From the NCBI GenBank assembly GCA_963795855.1, contig CAWCIZ010000001.1, positions 480,001 to 544,000 of the forward strand: DNA of 64,000 bases, given 5' to 3'. The stretch comes from Vulcanimicrobiota bacterium (GTDB taxonomy: Bacteria; Vulcanimicrobiota; Vulcanimicrobiia; Vulcanimicrobiales; Vulcanimicrobiaceae). Each line of letters starts with the position of its first letter. Within the stretch, counting starts at the first letter, position 1. The position numbers were made by a program, and so were the translations under genes. The notes below the pieces were generated by a model, which had not been told where the DNA came from, searched no databases, and was given only the letters and a program-made list of their open reading frames with translations. Below are positions 21,539 to 31,675 of the stretch, one piece after another.

Positions 21539-22113
21539 ACCGGTTCGTCCTTGCCCTCGTCCTTTGCGCAGCGGCGGCGTGTGCCGTGCCCGCTCTTGCG
21601 CAGGACGCTCCGCAAGTGTACGCCGGCCCGACCGCCGCGCCGAATCAGTTCACCGATCCGGCCATGACGTTTACGGTTGGTCCCGGTTACGTGAAGGCGC
21701 CCATACCGCCGCACGATCCCACGCAATTCGAGGAGCCGACGCTCGTTGCGGCCTTTGCGGGCAACACGAAAGCCACCGCGGGCCGCGCAATCACGATTCA
21801 GATGGAAAATTTCGACGGAAACTTGGCCGGCTTCGAAACGGTCACGGAAAACGAATTGCGTAATCAGATGGACGGCGTGTTCGTGAAGAAGCACGAATTA
21901 ACGACGCTGTCCAACGGCATGCCGGCGTACTGGCAAGACATCACTGTCGGCAGCGGTTTCAACGAAGAGAAGCGCTATGAATACGTTTGGGTCGACGGCG
22001 TGCGCGGCATCGTCCTCGCAGTCAGCGCCCGCTACGGAACGATCACCGAAGACGAGGCGAAGAAAGCGCTAGCGAACGCCAGCAGCGTCGCTTATCCGAA
22101 CGGACGCCCGTAG
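21535..22113 (+). CDS. hypothetical secreted protein
   Basis: Signal peptide ending ALA-Q; ATGA overlap with esterase. Confidence 0.75.
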   Translation: MNRFVLALVLCAAAACAVPALAQDAPQVYAGPTAAPNQFTDPAMTFTVGPGYVKAPIPPHDPTQFEEPTLVAAFAGNTKATAGRAITIQMENFDGNLAGFETVTENELRNQMDGVFVKKHELTTLSNGMPAYWQDITVGSGFNEEKRYEYVWVDGVRGIVLAVSARYGTITEDEAKKALANASSVAYPNGRP

Positions 22114-23247
22114 CGCCTGATCCAAGTCGCCGATCAGATCGTCGACGTCTTCGATACCGACCGAAAGACGAAGTAAACCGTCGGTCACCCCGCGCTTCTC
22201 GCGTTCCTCTTTGGGAATCGATCCGTGCGTCATGCGTGCCGGATGACAGATCAGCGATTCAACACCGCCCAAACTTTCCGCTAAACTGAAAAACTGCATG
22301 CGATTGGCGAAGTCGATCGCCCGCTGCTCGGGTCCTTTGAGCGTGAACGAGACCATCCCCCCGAATCCGCTCATCTGGCGTTTGGCAAGCTCGTGCTGGG
22401 GATGCGACGGCAGGCCGGGATAGTACACCCGGTCGACTTCCGGGTGAGCCGACAGGAATTCCGCGATCGCTTGGGCATTTTTCGCATGTTCGCGCATGCG
22501 GATCGCGAGCGTTTTCGCGCCGCGCATGGTGAGCCACGCATCGTGCGGGCCGGGTACGCCGCCGACGGCGTTTTGGTGAAATTTGATGACGTCGTAAAAC
22601 TCTTTGCTGCTCGTCAGCGCCGCGCCGCCGACGACGTCGCTATGACCGCCGATGTATTTCGTCGTCGAATGCACGACGATGTCCGCACCGAGCGTGAGCG
22701 GCTGCTGAAAAAACGGCGAAGCGAATGTATTGTCGACGACGACCACGGCCTTCTCGCGGTGTGTCTGTGCGATGCCCGCGATAGCGCGGATGTCGATCAG
22801 TTTAAGCAGTGGATTCGTCGGCGTTTCGACCCAGAACATCTTCGTGTTCGGCTTGGCTGCCGCGCGCACGGCGTCCAGGTCCGCCATGTCCACGTACGTG
22901 AACTCCAGACCGTAGCGCGAAAGCACACGGGAGAAGAGCCGGTACGTTCCGCCGTAAAGATCGTCGGTCACGACGACGTGATCGCCGGCGGAAAGCAGAT
23001 TCAGCACCGCCGACGTCGCGGCCATGCCGCTCGCAAACGCGCTGCCGTAGTCGGCGTTTTCGAGGGCGGCGAGTTGCGCCTCCAGCGCGACGCGGGTGGG
23101 GTTCACCGTGCGGCTGTAATCGAAACCCTTGTGCTCGCCGACTGCTTCCTGCGTGTACGTGGACGTCTGATAGATCGGAACGATCGTCGCGCCGGTCGCC
23201 GGATCCGCGCCTTGTCCGACGTGGATGGCTTTGGTGGAGAATTTCAT
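22069..23247 (-). CDS. cystathionine gamma-lyase/gamma-synthase (Cys/Met metabolism PLP enzyme)
   Basis: YSRTVNPT, ETPTNP, VDNTF, HSTTKYIGGHSD, SLGGVESL; downstream of CBS. Confidence 0.95.
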   Translation of the reverse strand: MKFSTKAIHVGQGADPATGATIVPIYQTSTYTQEAVGEHKGFDYSRTVNPTRVALEAQLAALENADYGSAFASGMAATSAVLNLLSAGDHVVVTDDLYGGTYRLFSRVLSRYGLEFTYVDMADLDAVRAAAKPNTKMFWVETPTNPLLKLIDIRAIAGIAQTHREKAVVVVDNTFASPFFQQPLTLGADIVVHSTTKYIGGHSDVVGGAALTSSKEFYDVIKFHQNAVGGVPGPHDAWLTMRGAKTLAIRMREHAKNAQAIAEFLSAHPEVDRVYYPGLPSHPQHELAKRQMSGFGGMVSFTLKGPEQRAIDFANRMQFFSLAESLGGVESLICHPARMTHGSIPKEEREKRGVTDGLLRLSVGIEDVDDLIGDLDQALRASVRISDAAGVR

Positions 23248-23518
23248 TTTAAAAGGCGCTCCAGCCGAGCTTCCGCGCCCCCCACAAAGTGGGGCCCCCG
23301 ATGGGATCGATAGGCGGAAGGAATTGCCGCGTTACGACGCAGCAATTCCATGCTTGCAAAAGGCTTTGTACAAAGGCGCTCCAGCCGAGCTTCCGCGCCC
23401 CCCACAAAGTGGGGCCCCCGATGGGATCGATAGGCGGAAGGAATTGCCGCGTTACGACGCAGCAATTCCATGCTTGCAAAAGGTTTGGTACAAAGGCGCT
23501 CCAGCCGACCCACAAAGG
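23248..23518 (-). repeat. tandem repeat, 120-bp period, about 2.2 copies, containing hairpins
   Basis: AAAGGCGCTCCAGCCGA at 23252, 23372 and 23492; near-identical units. Confidence 0.97.
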
Positions 23519-23524
23519 ATTTCA

Positions 23525-24928
23525 TCAGTGGCGCACCTTCGGGTCGCTGGAAGCGGACAGATAACTGATGATGTCCTGGCGCGTCAGGACGCCGATGGGT
23601 TCGTCTTCATCGGTGACGACCACGGCGTGGTTCGCGAGCGTCAGAAGTTTGTAGGCGAGTTCGATTTCTTCGCTTTGATCGAGCACCGGGAACGGCCGGC
23701 CCATTACTTCGCTTACGGGCTGATGAATGATGTCGGCGCGGTCGAATACCGCCTGCATCACCGCAATGTCGTTGATGCTGCCGATTTGTTCCGTTCCGCG
23801 CATCACGGGAATTTGCGATATTTCGTACTGCCGAAGGAGATCCAGCGCAGTTCGCACCGCATCCGTATCCTTCACCGTGATGAGCGGCGGCAGCGGGCGT
23901 TTGCTGCGCAGTACGTCGCCGACGGTTGCGCGCCGCTTGCCTTCCGAGAGGAAGCCGTTCGCGATCATCCACTCGTCGTTGAATATCTTCGACATATAGC
24001 CGCGGCCGGAATCGGGAAACAGCACAACCAGCACGGCGTCCGCCGGAAGCGTTTTTGCCAGTTTCATCGCGGCGACGGCTGCGGTGCCGGACGATCCCCC
24101 AACGAGCAAACCCTCTTCCCGCGTGATGCGGCGCGCGGTCAGAAACGACTCGCGATCCGAAACGCGTACCATCTCGTCGATCACCTTCATGTCGACCGTT
24201 TCGGGCAGATACGACATGCCGATGCCTTCAACTGCGTACGACTTCGGCGTGTCCCCCGAGTAAATCGAGCCTTCGGGGTCCGCGCCGATCACGTGAATCT
24301 TCGGGTTTTGCTCTTTCAAATAGCGCGCTGTTCCGGAAATCGTTCCGCCGGTGCCGATTCCGGCCACGAAATGCGTGATGCGTCCGGCGGTCTGCGTCCA
24401 GATCTCGGGGCCGGTCGAGTGATAGTGCGCTTCCGGATTGTGATGATTGTGAAATTGATTCGGTTGAAATGCGCCGGGAATCTCGGACGCCAGGCGATTC
24501 GCCACGCCGTAATAGGATTCGGGCGAATCGTTCGGCACGTTCGTCGGCGTGACGACCACTTCGGCGCCGTACGCGCGAAGCAGATCGACTTTTTCCTTGG
24601 CCATCTTGTCGGGCATGACGAGGATGCAGCGATAGCGCCGAATCGCCGCCGCCATTGCAAGCCCCGATCCGGTGTTGCCGCTCGTCGGCTCGACGATCGT
24701 TCCGCCGGGCTTGAGCAGACCCGCACGTTCGGCGGCGTCGAGCATTGCGACCGCAGGGCGATCTTTCACGCTGCCGCCCGGATTCATGTATTCGACCTTG
24801 GCGAGCACCAAACACTGCGCGCCGTCCGTTACCTTATTCAGCCGTACGAGCGGGGTGTTTCCGATGGCTGCGAGCGCATCGTCGAAATACTGCATGCCGG
24901 AACGCGTGTCCGACGCGGTGGTCGTCAA
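23525..24928 (-). CDS. cystathionine beta-synthase with C-terminal CBS domains
   Basis: NPGGSVKDR, EPTSGNTG, GIGTGGT, DSGRGYMSK; GGAGG RBS before TTG. Confidence 0.93.
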   Translation of the reverse strand: MTTTASDTRSGMQYFDDALAAIGNTPLVRLNKVTDGAQCLVLAKVEYMNPGGSVKDRPAVAMLDAAERAGLLKPGGTIVEPTSGNTGSGLAMAAAIRRYRCILVMPDKMAKEKVDLLRAYGAEVVVTPTNVPNDSPESYYGVANRLASEIPGAFQPNQFHNHHNPEAHYHSTGPEIWTQTAGRITHFVAGIGTGGTISGTARYLKEQNPKIHVIGADPEGSIYSGDTPKSYAVEGIGMSYLPETVDMKVIDEMVRVSDRESFLTARRITREEGLLVGGSSGTAAVAAMKLAKTLPADAVLVVLFPDSGRGYMSKIFNDEWMIANGFLSEGKRRATVGDVLRSKRPLPPLITVKDTDAVRTALDLLRQYEISQIPVMRGTEQIGSINDIAVMQAVFDRADIIHQPVSEVMGRPFPVLDQSEEIELAYKLLTLANHAVVVTDEDEPIGVLTRQDIISYLSASSDPKVRH

Positions 24929-25032
24929 GGTCTTCGCCTCCAGGGAAGATGGGGTGAACGCGCCTTCCGCGCTCTCGCGGGATGGCCCTGCGGTCGTAGG
25001 CCGGGTATGATAAAGAGAAGAAAGGGAGCCTT

Positions 25033-25377
25033 ATGAAACGCGCACGAGCCCTCGGGCTACTTCTCGCATTCGTCGGCGTTTTTGCATTGGCCGCTTGCGA
25101 CGACTCGGCGCTCCCGCCGGGCGGAACGTATCAGAGCGTTTCCGGCGTCGTACTCGATGCGGCGACGAATCGGCCCGTCTCCGGAGCGGCGGTAACGATC
25201 GACACCGTGCTTACGGCGACGACGGATGCTGCCGGAAAATTCTCGTTTGCGAAAGTACCCGTCGGCGACATCGACTATCAGGTAAGCACGCCGGACGGCA
25301 CGTACAAGGCCTATACCAGCAGCGCGCACTTGGCGCCGGACAAACCGCTGGCGCTCACTATAACGCTTTCGCACTAA
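25033..25377 (+). CDS. lipoprotein with carboxypeptidase-regulatory-like domain
   Basis: Lipobox LAAC, SGVVLDAATNRPVSGAAVTI..TDAAGKFSF. Confidence 0.8.
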   Translation: MKRARALGLLLAFVGVFALAACDDSALPPGGTYQSVSGVVLDAATNRPVSGAAVTIDTVLTATTDAAGKFSFAKVPVGDIDYQVSTPDGTYKAYTSSAHLAPDKPLALTITLSH

Positions 25378-26471
25378 TGGCGCCGGCGATGCGCGTGGTC
25401 ATCGCTCCGGACAAATTCAAGGGACGTTTGACCGCCGCGCAAGCCGCGGATAAAATCGAACGCGGCATGCGTGCGGTGCTGCGCGATGCGGAATTCGTCG
25501 TTGCGCCCATGGCGGACGGCGGTGAAGGAACGGTCGATGCATTCGTGCGCGCCGGCGCTCGAAGACTCAGCGCGCAAGTCGCGGGCCCGCTCGGCGAATC
25601 GATCGATGCGGGGTTCGCGGTGCTCGGCGGTACCGCAATTATCGAGATGTCCGCCGCTTCGGGCTTGCAGCTCGTGCCGGAGGATCGCCGCGACGTGCTG
25701 CGTGCGGACACGTACGGCACCGGTCAACTCGTGCGTGCCGCGCTGGACGCCGGCGCGAGTCGAATCATTATCGGGCTCGGGGGAAGCGCAACCAACGATG
25801 CGGGAACGGGCATGCTGCGCGCGCTTGGCGCCGTATTTATCGATGAAACAGGTGAGACGCTGGACCGCGCGATCGCGCGTTACCGCAGGCTCGATGAAAT
25901 CGACATGTCGGGGTTCGATGCGCGCGCGCTGCGCATTCCGGTACTTGCTGCAAGCGACGTCGACAACCCGCTATGCGGTCCGCACGGCGCGTCTCGCGTC
26001 TACGGGCGGCAAAAGGGCGCAAACGCCGCGCAGGTTACGCTGCTCGATTCGGCGCTCGAACGCATCGCGGACGTTGCCGCACGCGCGTGCCGGCGCGACG
26101 AACGCGATACGCCGGGCGCCGGCGCTGCCGGCGGCCTCGGGTACGCACTGCTGCAGTTTTTGAACGCGGAGGTGAAACGCGGCGTCGACGTCATGGCCGG
26201 CGAACTCGCGCTGCAGCGCGCGCTGCATGGCGCGTCGCTGTGCGTTACCGGCGAGGGAAAGATCGACGATCAGACGCTGCGCGGCAAAACCGTCAGCGGC
26301 GTAGCAGAACTTGCGGCATCCGAGCACGTTCCGGTGGTGGCCTTCGCGGGCCTGGTCGAGCCGCACGCGCGGCAAGAACTCGAGGACCGCGGCATCACGG
26401 TGCGGCAGGCGGATTCGACCGCTCTGGAAAGCGCAGCGCGAGAATTCGCGAGTCAGTTTGCGCAGCGGTGA
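25377..26471 (+). CDS. glycerate kinase
   Basis: APDKFKG, MADGGEGT, GLGGSATND, GAAGGLG, TGEG. Confidence 0.93.
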   Translation: MAPAMRVVIAPDKFKGRLTAAQAADKIERGMRAVLRDAEFVVAPMADGGEGTVDAFVRAGARRLSAQVAGPLGESIDAGFAVLGGTAIIEMSAASGLQLVPEDRRDVLRADTYGTGQLVRAALDAGASRIIIGLGGSATNDAGTGMLRALGAVFIDETGETLDRAIARYRRLDEIDMSGFDARALRIPVLAASDVDNPLCGPHGASRVYGRQKGANAAQVTLLDSALERIADVAARACRRDERDTPGAGAAGGLGYALLQFLNAEVKRGVDVMAGELALQRALHGASLCVTGEGKIDDQTLRGKTVSGVAELAASEHVPVVAFAGLVEPHARQELEDRGITVRQADSTALESAAREFASQFAQR

Positions 26472-26763
26472 CGGTTATCGTCGCCTTCATTCCCGGATGG
26501 TACGTGCACACGTATGCGAACGTGCCTTCCTTGGTAAACGTGTACTTCCACGATTTGCCGCCGTCGATGTCTGCGGACTGAAAAGCGTCGCTGCTGACGT
26601 TGTGCGTGACCGGATCGTCGTTTTGGAATACGACGCTGTCCCCGGTGTGCACGGTGAGCGCGGCAGGCTTAAAGGCGAAATCGACGATATGGACGGTCGT
26701 CGTTGCGGGCGCGCCGGCGCCGAGCGTCAGCGCCGCGAGCAAAGTGAAAACGCCGGTCTTCAT
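26395..26763 (-). CDS. secreted cupredoxin (plastocyanin/amicyanin-like)
   Basis: Signal peptide, HNV and CTYHPGM type-1 copper ligands. Confidence 0.9.
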   Translation of the reverse strand: MKTGVFTLLAALTLGAGAPATTTVHIVDFAFKPAALTVHTGDSVVFQNDDPVTHNVSSDAFQSADIDGGKSWKYTFTKEGTFAYVCTYHPGMKATITVTAAQTDSRILALRFPERSNPPAAP

Positions 26764-26806
26764 CCCGCCAGCGTGGCGGACAAATATGAAAGATTTCTGA
26801 AGGACG

Positions 26807-28153
26807 CTACGCGGGGGAGTTCGAGCGCTGTTCGTAGACTTGCGCCGGGCGCATGTACGACGCGCGCTGCGCGATGGCGCGATCGATGACGCCCATGACG
26901 ATGTGAGCGAGTTTTTCAGGATCGTGACGCACGGTCACGGTTTCGCTGATGACGTGCGCGTGAACCGGTGTGAGCCCCAGCGCGCGAATGCGTTCGAGAT
27001 CGGGCGCGACCGGAATCTGCCCTTCCTCCGCGTACGCCTCGAGCAGTTTGGAAGGCGGCTCGTCGTTGACCACGACGTAATCGCAAACGCGCGCCCCCGC
27101 ATTTTCCATCAGCGCTTCCACGTGGTCGGCGGCGCTCATCGCATCGGTTTCGCCAGGCTGCGTCATGACGTTGCAGACGTACATCTTCACGGCTGAAGAC
27201 GCGGCGACCTCACGCGCGATGCGATCCACCAAAAAGTTCGGCAGAATCGAGGTGAACAGGCTGCCCGGTCCGAGCACGATCGCGTCGGCCTCGCGAATTG
27301 CGGCGATCGCTTCCGTAAGCGGCGCCGCGTACGGCGGATCGAAGAAAACTTGCTTGATTCGCTTGTGGGATTTCGAGATGTTGGTCTCACCCTCGATCAC
27401 GGTGCCGTCGTCCAGACGCGCGCACAAGTGCGCGATGCCGAGCGTCGCCGGCAGCACGCGCCCTTTGATGTTCAGCACGCGGCTCGATTCTTTGATCGCG
27501 CGATCGAAGTTGCCCGTGATGCCGGTCATCGCGGCCAAAAACAGATTCCCGAACGAGTGCCCCGTCAGGCCTTCCCCTTCGTGAAAGCGATAACGAAACA
27601 GATCGGTGACCATGGCCTCGTCGTCCGCTAGCGCCACCAGGCAGTTTCTCACGTCGCCCGGCGGGAGCACGCCGAGCTCTTTTTGCAGGCGTCCGGAACT
27701 GCCGCCGTCGTCGCTTACCGTGACGATCGCCGTGAGATTAGTGGTTTTGCTTTTCAAACCGCGCAGCAGCGTGGAAAGACCCGTGCCGCCGCCGATCGCG
27801 ACGATTTTGTAACCGTGACGTAAGCGCATGGAGTAGAGCGTGTCGAGGATATGCTCGTTGCCGCCCATCGCGCCGGCGCGCAGAATCGCGAGCAGCCATT
27901 GACGGATGCCCAGAAAGATCAGCGCGACGCCGACGATGATGGAGATCCACGCCAAGTATCCCGGTGGAAAATAATCGGTGACGAAGCTGTCCACCAGTTC
28001 GTTCGCATGCAAATCGAAGCCAATCGCGACGAGGTACCGATCGATCCCATTCACGAGCAGCAAAATACCGGCGATTGCGACGATGAGCCAGCGTTTGATG
28101 CCCAGGCCGGGGTACGCCCAGCGCAGAACCGGCGGCACGCGGTTGAGCGTCAT
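26807..28153 (-). CDS. yvcK: YvcK/GlmR family protein with N-terminal TM segments
   Basis: IGGGTGLS, DDGGSSGRL, PPGDVRNC, GHSFGNL, GPGSLFTS. Confidence 0.93.
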   Translation of the reverse strand: MTLNRVPPVLRWAYPGLGIKRWLIVAIAGILLLVNGIDRYLVAIGFDLHANELVDSFVTDYFPPGYLAWISIIVGVALIFLGIRQWLLAILRAGAMGGNEHILDTLYSMRLRHGYKIVAIGGGTGLSTLLRGLKSKTTNLTAIVTVSDDGGSSGRLQKELGVLPPGDVRNCLVALADDEAMVTDLFRYRFHEGEGLTGHSFGNLFLAAMTGITGNFDRAIKESSRVLNIKGRVLPATLGIAHLCARLDDGTVIEGETNISKSHKRIKQVFFDPPYAAPLTEAIAAIREADAIVLGPGSLFTSILPNFLVDRIAREVAASSAVKMYVCNVMTQPGETDAMSAADHVEALMENAGARVCDYVVVNDEPPSKLLEAYAEEGQIPVAPDLERIRALGLTPVHAHVISETVTVRHDPEKLAHIVMGVIDRAIAQRASYMRPAQVYEQRSNSPA

Positions 28154-29007
28154 CGGCTCTCGTCCCGTGTGTCGAGATAGACGTCGGCGAGCGCCTGGCG
28201 CTCCAAATGATCGAACAAGCGGCGGCCGATGTAAATCGACCGGTGGCGCCCACCGGTGCACCCGATGCCGATCGTGAGTTGCGATTTGCCTTCGGCCAAA
28301 AAGCGCGGCATCAAGAAGTCCATCATGTCGAACAGCCTATCCAGAAACGGCGCGAGGGCGGCATCCGTTTCGATGTATTCGGCGACCGCCGGGTCGGCGC
28401 CCGTGAGCGGCCGCAGGCCTTCCACGTAGTTCGGATTATGCAGAAAGCGGACGTCGAAGAGCATGTCGAGATCGAGCGGTATCCCGTACTTGAACCCAAA
28501 GGCGACGAGCGTGACCGAAAGCGCGCGTTCGGATTCGACTAGGAACGTCGCAGACAGCCGTTCTTTGAGATCCGCGTGCGTGATGTTGGTCGTATCGATG
28601 ACTTGGGTCGCAAGTGCGCGCAGCGGCGCGAGCGCGGTTCGCTCGACCGCGATCGCCTCGCGCACCGAACCGACCGATGCGAACGGGTGGCGGCGCCGCG
28701 TTTCGCTGTAACGCCGCACGAGCACGTCGTCGCGCGCATCCAGAAAGAGCAGCTGCGGGCGGTGTCCGTCGGAGGAAATTCGGCTGATCAGCGGCACCGC
28801 TTCCCCGAGCGTACCGCCGCTGCGCACATCGAGTGCCAAAGCGACCTCGCGCACCTGTGCGTCCTTAAGGAGCGAGAGGGTTTGCGGAACGAGCTTCGGA
28901 GGAAGGTTATCTACACAGTAAAAGCCCAAGTCTTCAAGCGTCTTCATCGCCTGACTCTTCCCGGCGCCCGAGAGTCCGGTCACGAAGACGAGCCGTTCTA
29001 GAGCCAT
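28150..29007 (-). CDS. rapZ: RNase adapter RapZ (YvcJ)
   Basis: TGLSGAGKS, VDNLPP, RYSETRRRHP, FGFKYG, GCTGGRHRS. Confidence 0.96.
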   Translation of the reverse strand: MALERLVFVTGLSGAGKSQAMKTLEDLGFYCVDNLPPKLVPQTLSLLKDAQVREVALALDVRSGGTLGEAVPLISRISSDGHRPQLLFLDARDDVLVRRYSETRRRHPFASVGSVREAIAVERTALAPLRALATQVIDTTNITHADLKERLSATFLVESERALSVTLVAFGFKYGIPLDLDMLFDVRFLHNPNYVEGLRPLTGADPAVAEYIETDAALAPFLDRLFDMMDFLMPRFLAEGKSQLTIGIGCTGGRHRSIYIGRRLFDHLERQALADVYLDTRDESR

Positions 29008-29034
29008 CCGACGCACCCGGAGCGTGCACACGTC

Positions 29035-29430
29035 ATGAAACTGTTTTCGCCCGAAAAGGCCAACGCCCTCATCCCGAAGGTCGCCCCGCTCGTCGAGGAG
29101 TTGTGGGCAAAGCGCCGGGACTTGGCGATTCGCCTGCTCGAGAGCGATCCGGTGCTGCGCGGAACCGAACCCACCCCGTATTCGCGTATGGCCACGCCGC
29201 GCTCGCCCTTCACGCCGGGCCGCTTTAGCGAACAGAAGGCGGAGATCGTGCGCATCATCAACCGGATCGAAGCGTACGGGTGTCTCGTGAAAGACATCGA
29301 CCTCGGATTAATCGATTTTCCGTCGATGCGAGAGGGCCGCGCGGTGTATCTGTGCTGGAAAGCCGGAGAAGAACGCATCGCGCATTGGCACGGGATGGAC
29401 GAAGGCTTCTCCGAACGCAAAACGCTGTAA
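29035..29430 (+). CDS. DUF2203 domain protein
   Basis: FSPEKANALIP..VKDIDLGLIDFP..YLCWKAGE..HWH..GF. Confidence 0.85.
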   Translation: MKLFSPEKANALIPKVAPLVEELWAKRRDLAIRLLESDPVLRGTEPTPYSRMATPRSPFTPGRFSEQKAEIVRIINRIEAYGCLVKDIDLGLIDFPSMREGRAVYLCWKAGEERIAHWHGMDEGFSERKTL

Positions 29431-29434
29431 CGAG

Positions 29435-29460
29435 AAAAGGCCCGCTTCAGCGGGCCTTTT
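29435..29460. terminator. bidirectional intrinsic terminator
   Basis: AAAAGGCCCGCT-TC-AGCGGGCCTTTT between convergent genes. Confidence 0.85.
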
Positions 29461-29484
29461 GCTTTCTGCGATCCGGTTCGATTC

Positions 29485-29895
29485 TTACGGCGCGGTGACC
29501 GTAGCTTCGACCGGGATGAAATCTTCAGCCAAACCTTGCAGCCGCACTTCGCCGAACTCGGCGGTGTACGCGCCGGCTTCCGCGCTTCTGATTTCACCGA
29601 TCTCCGGAACGTTCGCAAGCTGCGGAATCTTGGAACGAATCTCGTCGGGAATGCGCACCTTGTCCCCGACCGCGAGCTTGCCCTGATCCCAAAGCGCGTT
29701 CAGGCTCTCGAGCAACATCGGTAGTGGAATACCGTAATCTTCGCTGACGGCGCCGATGGTGTGCGACTCGCTGATCGCACAGTTCGAACAGCCTCCCAAG
29801 TGGAATCGCGCGAAGACGCGACGCGCACCGGCGTGGAGTTTGAACGCCTGGTCGACGGTCATTTCGGGGGTGAAACGTTGCTCGGTCATACTCAT
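29485..29895 (-). CDS. DUF1858-like redox (CxxC) domain protein
   Basis: FTPEMTV..VFARFHLGGCSNCAISESHTI..YGI. Confidence 0.65.
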   Translation of the reverse strand: MSMTEQRFTPEMTVDQAFKLHAGARRVFARFHLGGCSNCAISESHTIGAVSEDYGIPLPMLLESLNALWDQGKLAVGDKVRIPDEIRSKIPQLANVPEIGEIRSAEAGAYTAEFGEVRLQGLAEDFIPVEATVTAP

Positions 29896-29904
29896 ATCCT
29901 TCGC

Positions 29905-31595
29905 CTAGAACGCCTGGTGGCTCCCGCCGGTTGCAGTTAGCAGCTCCAAACGCCGCCGCAGGTCGCGAATCGCAATCGTATCGATGGCGTGGCCGACGGC
30001 GGTAGCGAGGGAAGCAAGCGCGTCCTGCTCGTCCGGTGCGTACGTCTCGTCGTCGACCTTGGGGCCGCATACCAGTATGCCCAGTACGTCGCCGCGCACG
30101 ATCATGGGAACCGCCAGCGTCCCGGGCAGCGCGGAGCCGGATTCGCGCACGTGCACGGTAACGCGGCGAGCGCGCATCGCGACGATCGCGGGATCGTTTT
30201 CGTCGACGGTGGGCGCGAGGGCAAACGTCGTAGCAGCAGCACGGTACGTCACGCCCTCCGCAATCCATACGCCTGCGCCGCGCGCGCGAGCGTATCGTTC
30301 CACGGTGTTCACGCAGCGTGAAAGCAGAACTTCGGCGTCGGTAATATACGCCGCGTCTTCTGCGAAGTCGCGTATTGCGGCTTCGGCAAGATGGCGCTCG
30401 CGGAAGAGGACGCTGTCGACGAACAGATCGACGCGCGCATGCACGTAGCGAATCGAAAAGCCCAGCGCCAACGCAACGGCGAGCTGCACGGCGACGCTCG
30501 TGACGTGGCTCGTGTTCTCGACGTATTTCGCAAGCAGCGTTTCGACGACGACGAAAACGCCGACGACCACGAGCGACACGCCCGTGTACACCACCGCGCG
30601 ATTGAGGACGAAACCGACGTCGATGACGCGATGACGCAAGATGACGTAGGCCAGGCCAATCGGAAGCACCGCCAATGAAAGCAGCGTAGCTGGTCCACCA
30701 GCGGACTGAAGCCGAAGATGCCGCTGACGGCGACGTCGACGAGCGGACCCGACAATCCAACGCCCAGAATCACGAATACCCAGCGCCGCCTCTGCCGCTC
30801 GTCCGGCGCGCCTTGCACGTACGCTGCGATGAGCGTCGCGACCACGAGCAGGCTGATGAGCACGAACGAAAACAGAAACGCCGCGGAGAGTACGGAAAGC
30901 GTACTCGCGGAGTGAGGCAGCCATTCGCCGATCGAAAGGCCGCCGGCGGCGGCGATTGAGAGAACGAGTGCAATGCGAGAAAGCGTGCCGGGAAGCGGAT
31001 GTGCTCGCCCTGACGGAAACAAGGCTGCGAACTGCGCCGCTGCGGCAACTCCAAGCAAGAGAAGTCCCAGATCCACGACCTGCATCACGATCAGCGAGAG
31101 CAGCGGGCTCGGGAGTACGCCGTTCGAGAGCGCGATGGCAAGTCCGTAACACCACAGAAACGCGACCAGTGCCCGCCCGGCACGATCGTCGGGTCTGCGC
31201 CACGCCAACAGCGCGGCTACGACCAGAAACGCGAGTCTGAGCATCGTCACGGCCCAGAGCGTTTCCATGCGCGCAAAAGGCTTGGCGGTGAACGAAACGC
31301 GCCGCGTGCCGTTTACCAGGACTGTAACGCGCGAACCGGGCGTCGCATACAAGACGCGCGCGCGGTCCAGTGCGGTATCGCCGTACCAGATCGTGTCGCC
31401 GGCGCGAATGCCGGCGCGCGCCGCGGCCGAGCCGCTATCGACGCCCGTCACCTGGACGACGCCCGCATTCCGGGGCGGCACCCGCAAGTGCAGTCCGAAT
31501 TCGTCGCGGTCCGGCAACGTCAACTGGTAGCCGACGAACGCAACCGCCGCTGTAATGAACAACAGTGCGAGGGTGCGCCACACCGCAGGCCTCAT
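29905..31595 (-). CDS. PDZ + multi-TM + GAF membrane protein, apparent frameshift near 30685
   Basis: VDSGSAAARAGIRAGD (PDZ), several TM helices, YVILRHRVIDV, LAVPMIVRGDVLGILVCG (GAF). Confidence 0.8.
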
Positions 31596-31615
31596 GGCGG
31601 AAGAATTACGGAAAT

Positions 31616-31632
31616 TGCGGAGTACGCCTGTA
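31616..31632. repeat. 17-bp direct repeat of the rnpB 3' end (att-like site)
   Basis: TGCGGAGTACGCCTGTA identical to 32264-32280. Confidence 0.85.
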
Positions 31633-31657
31633 GGCGGGCGGGGCGGGAAGGCGTCAG

Positions 31658-31666
31658 TGCTATAAT
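31658..31666 (+). promoter_or_regulatory. extended -10 promoter element
   Basis: TGCTATAAT 9 nt before ATG 31676. Confidence 0.55.
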
Positions 31667-31675
31667 TTAAACACT

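Noticed and set aside
23248..23518. CRISPR array
   Set aside because: Units are near-identical over their whole 120 bp with no unique spacers, and no cas genes are nearby
23225..25036. 603-aa plus-strand ORF and other long antisense ORFs (e.g. 4006-5022, 55456-56769)
   Set aside because: Shadow frames opposite well-supported genes, expected in high-GC DNA; no motifs
27850..28153. Membrane-spanning N-terminal extension on YvcK
   Set aside because: Already known in YvcK proteins of several phyla; not unusual
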